Shown here: piece after piece, positions 8,129-17,197 of the stretch
Layout of the letters: each line of letters starts with the position of its first letter
How positions within the stretch are numbered: the stretch's first letter is position 1
Assembly (NCBI GenBank): GCA_030167145.1
Contig: CP126532.1
Span: 1,650,001-1,682,000, forward strand
Source: Ktedonobacterales bacterium
GTDB lineage: Bacteria; Chloroflexota; Ktedonobacteria; Ktedonobacterales; JADMIN01
Reading direction: 5' to 3'
DNA length: 32,000 nucleotides
Notes under the pieces: model-generated
Told to the model about the DNA's origin: nothing
The model's input: the letters and a program-made list of their open reading frames with translations, nothing else
Database searches by the model: none
Position numbers and translations under genes: made by a program

Positions 8129-8830
8129 GTGAGCACGGCGATGAGCTGGCCGGCGGATGTGATTCATGTGAACGAAGACGGCTGGGTGCTGATCAATCGT
8201 GGCAGCCGGCATGGTGTCGCGCCGGGGCTGCGGCTGCTGGTGGTGGGCCAGGGGACGCGCGAACTGCGCGATCTATTCTCCGCCGAGGTGGCGGCTGACG
8301 CGCCAGCGGAGGCGCTGCCGGTGGTGCTGCGCATCCGGCGCACGTATGAACTGCTCGAAGTGATTCACGCTGAGGAGCAGTGCGCCGTGGCAATTGCCGC
8401 TCGGATTCCGGCTGCGCGCCGTCCCAGTGTCTATCGCGGCCCCGATGGCGAGTTGCTTGTGTGGTCGCCGCTGCCAGCCGATTTCACCTGGCCACCACCG
8501 GGCGCTGCCAGCGATGACACTGACATGAGTGGCGAAACCGGGGCTAGCGCAGCAGATGCCGCGACGGATGATGCGGGTGGGGCCAATCAGGTGGATGCGC
8601 CGCCGGAGGAGAGCGAGCAGGATGACGCGCGCTGGGAGCAGGCGCTGCCGCTGAATGGGGTGAATGTTGGTGACATTGTGCTGCCCGCCATCCCGGCGAC
8701 GAGCAGCGCCAGTGCGGTTGCGAGCGCAACGCCAGCCGCCGTCGTCTCATCGGGAGCGCCAGCCAGCGCGCATCAGGATACGCCGTTCGATGCGGGGCGG
8801 GCGTATGACTGGCTGAAACCGGGGTCGTGA
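8129..8830 (+). CDS. Hypothetical protein with an acidic, low-complexity C-terminal half
   Basis: GC3-rich ORF. The track start at 7835 overlaps the permease gene. GTG at 8129 (after GGGAGGGGG) or ATG at 8141 are the likely starts. No family recognised. Confidence 0.6.
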   Translation: MSTAMSWPADVIHVNEDGWVLINRGSRHGVAPGLRLLVVGQGTRELRDLFSAEVAADAPAEALPVVLRIRRTYELLEVIHAEEQCAVAIAARIPAARRPSVYRGPDGELLVWSPLPADFTWPPPGAASDDTDMSGETGASAADAATDDAGGANQVDAPPEESEQDDARWEQALPLNGVNVGDIVLPAIPATSSASAVASATPAAVVSSGAPASAHQDTPFDAGRAYDWLKPGS

Positions 8831-9195
8831 CGCATGGCGAGCGGGTCAATCCGCGCCCGTTGCGCGGGCGGTCGTAGCTGGGAACTGCCGGTCGCTTCTT
8901 GATGAGGATCGTCGCCACCAGGTATACTTGCCGCAGTCCCCTCCCGCACAATCGTTCTTCTCCATCGTCCGCGTTGCGATGGCGCAGTTGTGTCGGCCCG
9001 CCCTGGTAGGAATCGCTTCACGTAGGATACATACTTGTAGGCCCAAGGATATAGGGCATTTCAGGCCGCCGTCTTCCGGTGGCGACCATCGTATATGCTG
9101 TCGTCCCCATCGGTTGCAAGCGACTCTGGCAGTGCGCTCGGCGCGGCTTGCCAGGATCTAGTTCTAAGGAAAGGCGAGGCAGGCCAGTGGCTCAC

Positions 9196-10587
9196 ATGGC
9201 ACAATCGCATGTGGATCCCACCTTTTACCGCTCGGCGCGGCTGGCGATGGATGCGCCGCGCGAACAACTCGCGTATGTCGTCACCTTGAATACGGAGGAC
9301 GCTGGCAAGCCCGACGCGCTGTGCGTGCTGGATGTCGAAACCGGCTCCCCCACCTATGGCCAGGTCGTGGGTCGCGTGGATATGCCCAACCCCGGCGACG
9401 AGTTGCACCACTTTGGATGGAACGCCTGTAGCGCCTGCCTGTGTCATGGTGAGGAGCATGCTCACATGGAGCGGCGCTACCTGCTCGTGCCGGGCCTGCG
9501 CTCCTCACGCATCCACATCCTCGACACTAAGCCCAATCCCCGCCAGCCAGAACTGGTGAAGGTCATTGGGGCGGATGAGCTGGCATCGCGCACGGGATAT
9601 AGCCGGCCACACACGATCCACTGCGGACCGGAGGCTATCTACGTCAGCGCGCTCGGTGCGCCAGGGGGCGACGGGCCGGGCGGTGTCTTCACGCTCGATC
9701 CCGACGATTTCGGAGTCCGTGGCGCGTGGGAGGCGGAGCGAGGCTCCCAATATCTCGCCTACGACTTCTGGTGGCACCTGGGGCAGGACACGCTGCTCAC
9801 CAGCGAATGGGGCACGCCGAATATGGTCGAGGCGGGCGTGAATCCTGATCTGTTGCTGGCTGGCAAGTATGGGCACGCTCTACACGTTTGGAATCTGAGC
9901 GATGGCCGCCACGTACAGGAGATTGACCTGGGCGCGGAGCAGCAGATGGTACTGGAACTGCGGCCCTCGCACGACCCTAACCAGACCTATGGCTTTGTAG
10001 ACACGGTGCTCTCGCTCAAAGATCTGTCGTCCTCTATCTGGGTCTGGCATCGCGCGAATGGCGCGTGGCAGGCGCAGAAGGTGATCGAGATTCCGGCTGA
10101 GCCAGCCGACGTGGACGCGCTGCCGCCTGCGCTGAAGCCGTTCGGCGCGGTGCCGCCGCTGGTGACGGATATTGATCTCAGCCTGGATGATCGGTATCTG
10201 TACGTCTCGTGCTGGGGGACGGGTGAGTTCCGGCAGTACGACGTGAGCGACCCGTTCCACCCACAACTGACTGGCTCGGTCCGGCTGGGTGGCATCGTCG
10301 GCCACGCGCCGCATCCGGCGGGCGGTGCGCTCAACGGCGGTCCGCAGATGGTGGAGGTCAGCCGGGATGGCCGCCGTGTCTACGTGAGCAACTCGCTCTA
10401 CGCCAGTTGGGACGCGCAGTTCTACCCTGAGGGCATCCGTGGGTGGGTCGTGAAGCTGGATGCCGACCCAGCCGGAGGTATGGCGCTCGACCCGGCGTTT
10501 TTCGTGCAGTTCGCGGGGGAACGCCCCCACCAGATCCGCCTACAAGGCGGGGATGCGTCCTCCGATTCATACTGTTTCACGTCGTGA
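9196..10587 (+). CDS. Selenium-binding protein (SBP56) family, methanethiol-oxidase-like
   Basis: DPTFYRSARLAMDAPREQLAYV..., HHFGWNACSAC, RSSRIHILD and YSRPHTIHCGP are characteristic SBP56 blocks. ATG at 9196 chosen. No signal peptide is evident. Confidence 0.9.
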   Translation: MAQSHVDPTFYRSARLAMDAPREQLAYVVTLNTEDAGKPDALCVLDVETGSPTYGQVVGRVDMPNPGDELHHFGWNACSACLCHGEEHAHMERRYLLVPGLRSSRIHILDTKPNPRQPELVKVIGADELASRTGYSRPHTIHCGPEAIYVSALGAPGGDGPGGVFTLDPDDFGVRGAWEAERGSQYLAYDFWWHLGQDTLLTSEWGTPNMVEAGVNPDLLLAGKYGHALHVWNLSDGRHVQEIDLGAEQQMVLELRPSHDPNQTYGFVDTVLSLKDLSSSIWVWHRANGAWQAQKVIEIPAEPADVDALPPALKPFGAVPPLVTDIDLSLDDRYLYVSCWGTGEFRQYDVSDPFHPQLTGSVRLGGIVGHAPHPAGGALNGGPQMVEVSRDGRRVYVSNSLYASWDAQFYPEGIRGWVVKLDADPAGGMALDPAFFVQFAGERPHQIRLQGGDASSDSYCFTS

Positions 10588-10675
10588 GGGCTTGCCCAGA
10601 CGTGTCCCACCCAGGATTAGAGGTCAGCGCGCGAGTGATGGGCCGATGGCGGTGGGCGGCCTTGTCCACCTGAGC

Positions 10676-12250
10676 TTAGAGCGGTGGCATGCCAGGGTGC
10701 GAGCCGCTCGCCAGCGCGCCTGTTTCGATGGCGCGCATCGCCGCCAGGGCGACGTGCTCGCGCCAGGGACGCGCGAGCACCTGCACGCCGATGGGCAGCC
10801 CCGCGCTGCCCTGCTCCGTCTGGCGCGCGGCACGCTCCACGCGATCCGCTGAGCGTTTGCGGTCGGACTCTTCGCCCGCGCGCACGCGCGTGACGGGGAC
10901 GACGCCCGCTGGATAGCCGAGCACGTTGCAGAGCGCGGCGTAGCCGCCTGCCAGCACGAGGTCTTTGCTTGCGCCGTGGCGTAGCGCGGGCAGCGAGTGC
11001 GCGGGGCAGACGATCACGTCGAAGGGGCCACCATCGTCGGCATCCAGCGCGCGGGCGAACTGCTGCTGGTACGCCTGTTGCGCTTCGAGGAGTCGCCAGT
11101 AGTGCAGGGTATCTTTGTGGCCGAAGTTGCGGACGGTGGCGGCGAGGTGGCGCTGAGCGGTGGCGGCGAGCAGCGCGCGCAGGGTGGCTGTCGCCGGACG
11201 TGGCAGACCAGCGAGCAGCAGCAACTGGGCGATACGCGGGTCGCGCTGGCTCTTGCCGATGAATTGCTTGACGCGCGTGCCGCCGTCCGCGCCGAGGATG
11301 CCATAGAGCAGGTCCACGGCGCGTTGGACATCGGGTGGGCGCCACTCGACCACCTGCGCGCCCCGGCCCGCAAGCATGCCCGCCGCCTCGATGACGGCGC
11401 GACGCACGGCGGGGGCTGGCCTGAAGGTGGCGTCGTCGGTGAAGTAGGCGACGCGCAATCGCGCCACATCCACCGTTGTGGAGTCGCCCAGAGGCAGCGG
11501 CGGAACGGCCTGTGACCCGTCGCCGCCATTGAGGATGCGCAGCGCCAGCGCTACATCATCTACGCTGCGGGCGAGTGGCCCGGCCTGCGAGACGATGGCG
11601 CGCTGCCCCAACGACATGCCGAAGTCAGTGGCATCGGGCAGACGACTCGCCGTAGGACGCATGCCCACGATGCCGCAGAAGGCGGCGGGCGTGCGGATGC
11701 TGCCCGCGAGGTCGGAAGCCAGCCCCAGTGGTGAGCCGCCCGCAGCGATGATCGCCGCTTCGCCGCCGCTGCTGCCGCCGGTGGTGCGCTCCAGATTCCA
11801 GGGGTTGTTGGTTTTGCCGTAGACGGGGTTATCGCTCTCGTTGTAGAGCAACACCTGCGCTACGTTGGTCTTGCCCAGGATGATCGCACCCGCCGCGCGC
11901 AGCCGCGCAACGTAGGCGTCGTCATGCTCATCGCGGGTTTGGGCGCGCGCCGTCAGGCCGTGGGTCGCCGGAGTTCCAGCGACCGCGAAAGCTTCTTTGA
12001 TCGTCACGGGCACGCCATGCAGCGGTCCGAGCGGCTCGCCGCGCCCGCGCGCTTCGTCCGCTGCGCGCGCTTCGGTCCGCGCCGTGTCGTAGCGCTTGAC
12101 TACCACGGCGTTGAGTTGCGGGTTGGTCGCCTCGATGCGCGCGATATGCGCTTCCACCACGTCTACCGACGAGATTTCGCCGCGTGCGATGCGTTCCGCT
12201 AGCTGTGCCGCGCCCAGTTGCGTCAGCGCCTCCGTCTCCGTCTCGCTCAT
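10676..12250 (-). CDS. Amidase-signature family amidase (FAAH-like)
   Basis: Contains GGSSGGEAA, GKTN and LHGVPVTIKE motifs. ATG at 12250 is preferred (GGAGGAAG about 10 nt upstream) over the track start at 12271. Confidence 0.9.
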   Translation of the reverse strand: MSETETEALTQLGAAQLAERIARGEISSVDVVEAHIARIEATNPQLNAVVVKRYDTARTEARAADEARGRGEPLGPLHGVPVTIKEAFAVAGTPATHGLTARAQTRDEHDDAYVARLRAAGAIILGKTNVAQVLLYNESDNPVYGKTNNPWNLERTTGGSSGGEAAIIAAGGSPLGLASDLAGSIRTPAAFCGIVGMRPTASRLPDATDFGMSLGQRAIVSQAGPLARSVDDVALALRILNGGDGSQAVPPLPLGDSTTVDVARLRVAYFTDDATFRPAPAVRRAVIEAAGMLAGRGAQVVEWRPPDVQRAVDLLYGILGADGGTRVKQFIGKSQRDPRIAQLLLLAGLPRPATATLRALLAATAQRHLAATVRNFGHKDTLHYWRLLEAQQAYQQQFARALDADDGGPFDVIVCPAHSLPALRHGASKDLVLAGGYAALCNVLGYPAGVVPVTRVRAGEESDRKRSADRVERAARQTEQGSAGLPIGVQVLARPWREHVALAAMRAIETGALASGSHPGMPPL

Positions 12251-13832
12251 CCGTTCGCTTCCTCCACCCATTCACACTGTATCGCTCTCGTTGGGCCAAG
12301 TGTACCATGCGGCCAAGAGCGGGCGGCAGCAGCGGGTAGGAAGATAGGCGCGCGGTGACGCTCTGCGCCAGGGCATAGGCGCTGCCCGCCATGCGCTCTT
12401 CCGGGGCGAGGTGTGCGCGGCGCGCCGTGTAGATGCGGTTGACGGCGTAGAGCGCCAGCCAGGGGGCGAGCGCGAAATACGGCGGGCCAGAGCGATACGC
12501 GAAGAAGAGCGGCAGAATCGCCAGCAGCAGCGCGGCGTCGCCGATCTGCTCGTGCCAGCGCCAGTAGCAATACAGCGCGGTGCAGAGCGCGGCGCCTTCG
12601 AGCGCGGCGTAGAGCGACTGCGGGCCAAGCGGGAGAAGATGTCCGGTGGAGAGGGCGATCAGACCTTGCCCCATGGGAAACATCGGGTCGTTCATCGGCA
12701 GCCAGAGGCTTTCCCACCAGGCGCCGGGGCTGGCGATGAGATAGGGCAGATTGGGCAGCAGGAAGACGCCGAACACGAGTATGCTGCGCCGGAATGCCTC
12801 GCGCCAGCCATGTTCGATGAGCACCGCCAGCAGCAGAAACGGCGCGAAGAACCAGCAATATTGCTTGAAGGCGCACCCCAGGCCCAGCAGCATGGCGAAG
12901 AGCCAGCGGCGGTCACGGAAGTGCCAGGCGAGGAGGATGAAGGCGACGCAGATGATTTCGTTGTCGAGGAAGAGCGACGCGCCCATCACTGGCACCGCTG
13001 CGCCCGCCGCCAGCGCGCCCCAGTGCCGCCAGCCAACTGGTGTGAGCCAGAGAAGCCAGGCGAAGAAGAGCCAGTAGACGAGCAGATTGACATACAGGAT
13101 ATTGGGGACTCCGGCCCAGAGCGCGGGGACGTAGAACAGAAACGACAGGGCGGGGTAGCTGTGCAGCGTGCGTGGGTCGAGCACGCCGTGCAGCGCCTGG
13201 GGATTGGCGAGGTAGCGTGGGCCAAGCGCGGCCAATTCTGGCAGAGTTGGGAAGGTGTAGGTGTCTGCATAGATACCCTGGCGCATGGGTGTCAGTTGGG
13301 CATGGGGGAACCGCTGGAGCGCGATAGGGAAGTAAGCGTCGCTGGTGTAGGGGTTACGCCCATCGAGGGCCAGTTCGGCGTTGACGTGGGTGAAGGAGAT
13401 GACGTCTACCTGATAGCCCTGCGATGGTGGCACGGCGACGGTGTAGGCGACGTAGCCCATGAATGCGAGCAACGTGCAAACGACAAGTGCGAGCGCGAAG
13501 CCGAGCGCCAGCCCGCGTATGCGCTGATAGGCACGGCGGATGGACCGGCTGGCCTGTCTGGGCATGCTGGTGATGATGAGCAGCCAGAGGCCGAGCGCGG
13601 TCGCCAGCACAGTGATCGCGCCGCGGAGGGGTGCGCCGCTGCCGGGTCCAGCAGGCACATACGCGGCAGAGGCAAAGATGAGCAGGGCGCTGCCCACCGC
13701 GACGGCGGCATAGCGTGCGGGCAGCCCGCGCGGCGCGGGTGGCGATGTGGCTCCGACCCGCACGGTCGCTTCAATGGCGTGTGTGTCGTGTGGCTCATGC
13801 TGCTGGACGAACAGGTCTTCCGTGACGCCCAT
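11928..13832 (-). CDS. Polytopic integral membrane protein, GT-C-like (DUF2029/GT87-type) glycosyltransferase candidate; 3' end uncertain
   Basis: Many TM segments with motifs such as FKQYCWFFAPFLLL, typical of polyprenol-phosphate-sugar dependent GT-C enzymes. The frame stays open to 11928, deep inside the amidase gene, and the last 115 or so residues are Arg/Gly-rich. Confidence 0.65.
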   Translation of the reverse strand: MGVTEDLFVQQHEPHDTHAIEATVRVGATSPPAPRGLPARYAAVAVGSALLIFASAAYVPAGPGSGAPLRGAITVLATALGLWLLIITSMPRQASRSIRRAYQRIRGLALGFALALVVCTLLAFMGYVAYTVAVPPSQGYQVDVISFTHVNAELALDGRNPYTSDAYFPIALQRFPHAQLTPMRQGIYADTYTFPTLPELAALGPRYLANPQALHGVLDPRTLHSYPALSFLFYVPALWAGVPNILYVNLLVYWLFFAWLLWLTPVGWRHWGALAAGAAVPVMGASLFLDNEIICVAFILLAWHFRDRRWLFAMLLGLGCAFKQYCWFFAPFLLLAVLIEHGWREAFRRSILVFGVFLLPNLPYLIASPGAWWESLWLPMNDPMFPMGQGLIALSTGHLLPLGPQSLYAALEGAALCTALYCYWRWHEQIGDAALLLAILPLFFAYRSGPPYFALAPWLALYAVNRIYTARRAHLAPEERMAGSAYALAQSVTARLSSYPLLPPALGRMVHLAQRERYSVNGWRKRTDERDGDGGADATGRGTASGTHRTRRNLVGRRGGSAYRAHRGDQPATQRRGSQALRHGADRSARSGRSARARRAARTAAWRARDDQRSFRGRWNSGDPRPDGARPNPR

Positions 13833-14242
13833 GGGATCTCCTGGCGGCTACGCTACGCGGCTGAGTCGAGCGATGCAGTGCCGCTATGGGGGAGCCAGCG
13901 CGCAGAGTGTGTGCCAGGGGCATTGGCGGGCGGTGTTGCGTCAGTGATGCCGCTCATTTATTCGGCGTTGGTACGATATCGTTTCCGCACACTTCGTGTG
14001 GAGTGACACACATGCCTGGATGGCGGGCAGGCCCGTATGGTATGCTCTAGAACGCGCGTCCTATGCGCATGAGAAAGATCACCTGCCTGGTGTTTGCGCT
14101 CGGCCTGCGTCTCACCGCTCATCGGGGTGTTCGCGCACCAGGTCGTTCCCACATCAGCATAGCAGCGCAGGGCGCAGATGTGTGCGCTCGCCGTTCCACT
14201 GGGCGCCACGAATGCGCCACGCCAGACAAGGAGATGAGGAAG

Positions 14243-14734
14243 ATGGCTGACGACAACTTCACACTCACCACGTTCTACACCTCGTGGAAAGCGTACCAGG
14301 ATCATCTCAAAGCAGCGCTGGCGCCGCTCACCGCAGAGCAACTTGCGCTGCGCGCCGCCCCGGGCCTGCGCTCCGTCGGCGAGAACGCCGCGCACATCAT
14401 CGGCTGCCGTGTCGGCTGGTACACCTATACCCTGGGCGAGGAGGCCAGCGCGGACCTGAAGGCGGTGCGCTGGGATGATCCCGACGGGCCTGCCAAATCG
14501 GCGGACGAGTTGGTGCGCGGCCTCGACCTCACCTGGCGCTTGATGACCGATTGCCTGGCTCGCTGGAGTCCCGACGACATGCGGCAGACCTTCCCCGACG
14601 ACTGGGATGGCGAGCAAGTGCAGTTGTCGCGCGCGTGGATCGTCTGGCATGTGCTCGAACACGATCTGCATCACGGCGGCGAGGTCTCGCTCACTCTTGG
14701 CATGCACGGAATCCAGGCGGAATTCGCCATCTGA
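14243..14734 (+). CDS. DinB-family (DinB_2/DUF664-like) four-helix-bundle protein
   Basis: MADDNFTLTTFYTSWKAYQDHL...ENAAHII...WHVLEHDLHHGGEV shows the His-triad pattern of the DinB fold. ATG at 14243 has AAGGAG 9 nt upstream. Confidence 0.85.
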   Translation: MADDNFTLTTFYTSWKAYQDHLKAALAPLTAEQLALRAAPGLRSVGENAAHIIGCRVGWYTYTLGEEASADLKAVRWDDPDGPAKSADELVRGLDLTWRLMTDCLARWSPDDMRQTFPDDWDGEQVQLSRAWIVWHVLEHDLHHGGEVSLTLGMHGIQAEFAI

Positions 14735-14756
14735 GTTCGGAGCGCCGCTGGTAATC

Positions 14757-14880
14757 TGGGAGTTCACTGCGTAGGCGTGGAGCGCTTTGCCGACTATTGC
14801 GATATGCGTCCCACTGCTATCCCAGGTTGCCCGCGCAGAAACTGAAAGCCGAAGGCAGGCAAAGCTAGCCGACCTCGAAC
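14757..14880 (+). pseudogene. Decayed 3' fragment of a second N6/N4 DNA methyltransferase gene
   Basis: Hand alignment with 17011-17136, the 3' end of the intact methyltransferase. 45 of the first 50 nt are identical, and four of the five differences are synonymous (GVHCVGVERFADYCDM versus GVHCVGVERFADYYDM). Identity is roughly two-thirds after that, with a 1-nt deletion breaking the frame. It ends in a shared CTAGCCGACCTCG block. Confidence 0.7.
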
Positions 14881-15113
14881 GCGATAGAGCGGTTGGGGGA
14901 GATGTTTGGTGCGAGTAGAGCGTGGTTTCGCAATGGAATAACAAGTTGAGACCACGCCTAGGTTAAAGTTCGATTTTCTGCGATCTTGTTTATCGTTCCC
15001 GTTTTGAGGGATGAGCCACAGAATAAGAACGATGCGTGCCGCTGGGCGCGCCTGAAGGCCCGTCGTAGTATCACGGCCTCTGAGAGGTTGCTAGATGTTG
15101 GAGGGACTCGGTC

Positions 15114-15716
15114 ATGAGAAAAGTCATTGTCCTTGAATTCATCACTCTTGATGGTGTCATACAAGCTGGAGGCGGGCCAGAGGAAGATACCAGTGGTGGC
15201 TTCGCGTATGGCGGGTGGCAAGCTCCATATTCTGATGATGTTATTGGAACCGCTGTGGATAAGCAGATGAATATGCCATTTGATCTGTTGTTAGGGCGCA
15301 CAACCTTTGAAATTTGGGCGTCGCACTGGCCGCACCATGCCGACATGTGGCCAGGCGTCAATCCAGCCACCAAGTACGTCGCCTCGACTACCATGACGTC
15401 TCACGAGTGGCAGCCCTCCGTGTTTTTAGGCGGAGACATTGCGGAACAAGTCACCAAACTCAAGCAGCAGCCAGGGCCGGATTTGCACGTGTACGGCAGT
15501 GCAAATCTCCTTCAGACGCTCATGAAGCATGACTTGGTTGATGAGTACTGGCTCAAGATCTATCCGATCACATTGGGCAGTGGAAAACGGTTGTTTGCCG
15601 ATGGCACCATCCCGGCGGCATTCAAGGTGACGGAGAGCCACGTCTCCCCATGTGGCATCATTATCGTGAATTACGCGCGTGCAGGCGCAATCACAACCGG
15701 AAGTCATGGAAGTTGA
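15114..15716 (+). CDS. Dihydrofolate-reductase-family protein (RibD C-terminal domain type)
   Basis: [17 protein letters not shown]...[16 protein letters not shown]...KYVASTT...[37 protein letters not shown] is the typical pattern of this family. Confidence 0.85.
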   Translation: MRKVIVLEFITLDGVIQAGGGPEEDTSGGFAYGGWQAPYSDDVIGTAVDKQMNMPFDLLLGRTTFEIWASHWPHHADMWPGVNPATKYVASTTMTSHEWQPSVFLGGDIAEQVTKLKQQPGPDLHVYGSANLLQTLMKHDLVDEYWLKIYPITLGSGKRLFADGTIPAAFKVTESHVSPCGIIIVNYARAGAITTGSHGS

Positions 15717-15781
15717 GTTAGCCAAAAAGACGGCAACGCGAGGGCTGCGACAGCTCTCGCATTGCCCTTGCTTCGAGCCGA

Positions 15782-15949
15782 TCATGTGCATCCCTGCGTG
15801 CATGCCCTTTCTTCGCTAGACAATGCCCTCTCCACCGCGCTCTGCCGCAGCCTGGCATGCGGAGATCGGGGTGGGAGGAGCCGTTGGAGTCGGTCCCATT
15901 CGGCGTCGGAGAGATCGCTTGGATAGCGTGGCGTCATGTCGTAGAGCAT
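15782..15949 (-). mobile_element. Remnant of an IS5/IS4-type transposase N-terminus (DUF4096-like), a 55-codon stub
   Basis: Hand translation gives MLYDMTPRYPSDLSDAEWDRLQRLLPPRSPHARLRQSAVERAL... YPSDL(S/T)D(A/E)EW..L..LLPP is the hallmark start of IS5-group transposases. The expected GRPR / YVLRTGCQW continuation is degraded and a stop follows. Too short for the ORF track. Confidence 0.5.
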
Positions 15950-16100
15950 AGGTCTTGCCGCCCCTGCCCTTCACTGCAAGACATGCTCTTAGACTACCAG
16001 TTCCCGGTAGTCAGTGGTGGCCAGATAGCGCGCAGAAATCTTCGCGAGGAAACATGCGTTATAGTTATATGATGGGGATGTGGCGAGCGGAGGAACGAAG

Positions 16101-17183
16101 ATGGCGAAAGCACCGAACGCGCAGGCGCAGGATTCGCGGGGCAATGGCCATCGGTTGGTAGCGAATACACAGCGCATCCATACGTACATGAGCGCTAATG
16201 AGACGCTCACGCACTTCGCGCTCGGATACCGCCACGAGACGATTAGTGGCTCTCTCATCGTACATGCGGACTGTTTCGAGTGGCTGGGCAGCATTCCCGC
16301 GAACAGCCTGCACGCGATCATCACTGACCCTCCATATGGCGTGAAGGAGTACAACTTCGACCAGATGGAGAAACGTGCGAACGGCAATGGCGGCGTGTGG
16401 CGCATTCCTCCCTCGTTCGATGGCCACACGCGCGCGCCACTGCCGCGCTTTACCGCGCTGAACGCGAACGAGCGCGCGACGCTCTACCGCTTCTTTGTGG
16501 AGTGGGCACGGCAGGTGACGCATGCGTTGCGCCCCGGCGGCCATGTCTTGCTGGCGAGCAACGCTTTTCTCTCACAATTGGTGTTCTCGGCTCTTGTCGA
16601 AGGCAGTTTGGAGTTTCGTGGCGAGTTGATTCGTCTCGTGCGCACGTTGCGCGGCGGTGACCGGCCCAAGAACGCTGAAGACGAGTTTCCTGATGTCTGC
16701 TCACTGCCACGCGGATGCTATGAACCGTGGGGCATTTTCCGCAAGCCGCTGCCCGCGCATATGACAGTAAGTGACTGCTTGCGCGAGTTCCAGACCGGTG
16801 GACTCCGGCGACGACCAGATGGCAATCCATTCAGCGATGTGGTGCTGAGCGAGCGTACTCCCCGGCGCGAGCGCAATATCGCCGATCATCCCAGCCTCAA
16901 GCCGCAGTCGTTTCTCCGCCAACTCGTGTATGCCGCGCTCCCTCTCGGCGAGGGTGTCATTGCCGACCCATTCATGGGATCTGGCTCGACGGTCGCGGCG
17001 GCAGAGGCGATGGGAGTTCACTGCGTAGGCGTAGAGCGTTTCGCCGACTATTACGACATGAGCCGTACCGCCATTCCCAGGCTGGCGGCGTTGAAGCCGA
17101 GAACGGAAGCGCAAGCGGAGCTAGCCGACCTCGGACAAGACATGGCTACTACAATTGAACAATTGCCGTTCTCATTTGAATGA
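16101..17183 (+). CDS. Site-specific DNA methyltransferase, beta-class N6-adenine/N4-cytosine (N6_N4_Mtase family)
   Basis: Motif IV IITDPPYGV lies N-terminal to motif I ADPFMGSGST, which is the beta permutation. ATG at 16101 has GGAGGA 7 nt upstream (track start is GTG at 16080). Confidence 0.9.
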   Translation: MAKAPNAQAQDSRGNGHRLVANTQRIHTYMSANETLTHFALGYRHETISGSLIVHADCFEWLGSIPANSLHAIITDPPYGVKEYNFDQMEKRANGNGGVWRIPPSFDGHTRAPLPRFTALNANERATLYRFFVEWARQVTHALRPGGHVLLASNAFLSQLVFSALVEGSLEFRGELIRLVRTLRGGDRPKNAEDEFPDVCSLPRGCYEPWGIFRKPLPAHMTVSDCLREFQTGGLRRRPDGNPFSDVVLSERTPRRERNIADHPSLKPQSFLRQLVYAALPLGEGVIADPFMGSGSTVAAAEAMGVHCVGVERFADYYDMSRTAIPRLAALKPRTEAQAELADLGQDMATTIEQLPFSFE

Positions 17184-17197
17184 GGCTGGATAGCGCG

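Noticed and set aside
12411-14944. 531-aa + strand ORF (12411-14006) and 328-aa minus-strand ORF (13958-14944)
   Set aside because: They are antisense to the GT-C-like membrane protein gene and the DinB-family gene respectively, with Arg/Glu/Gly-rich low-complexity translations. The 328-aa ORF was only useful because it flagged the methyltransferase-remnant repeat through a YAVNS motif shared with the ORF at 16701-17114.
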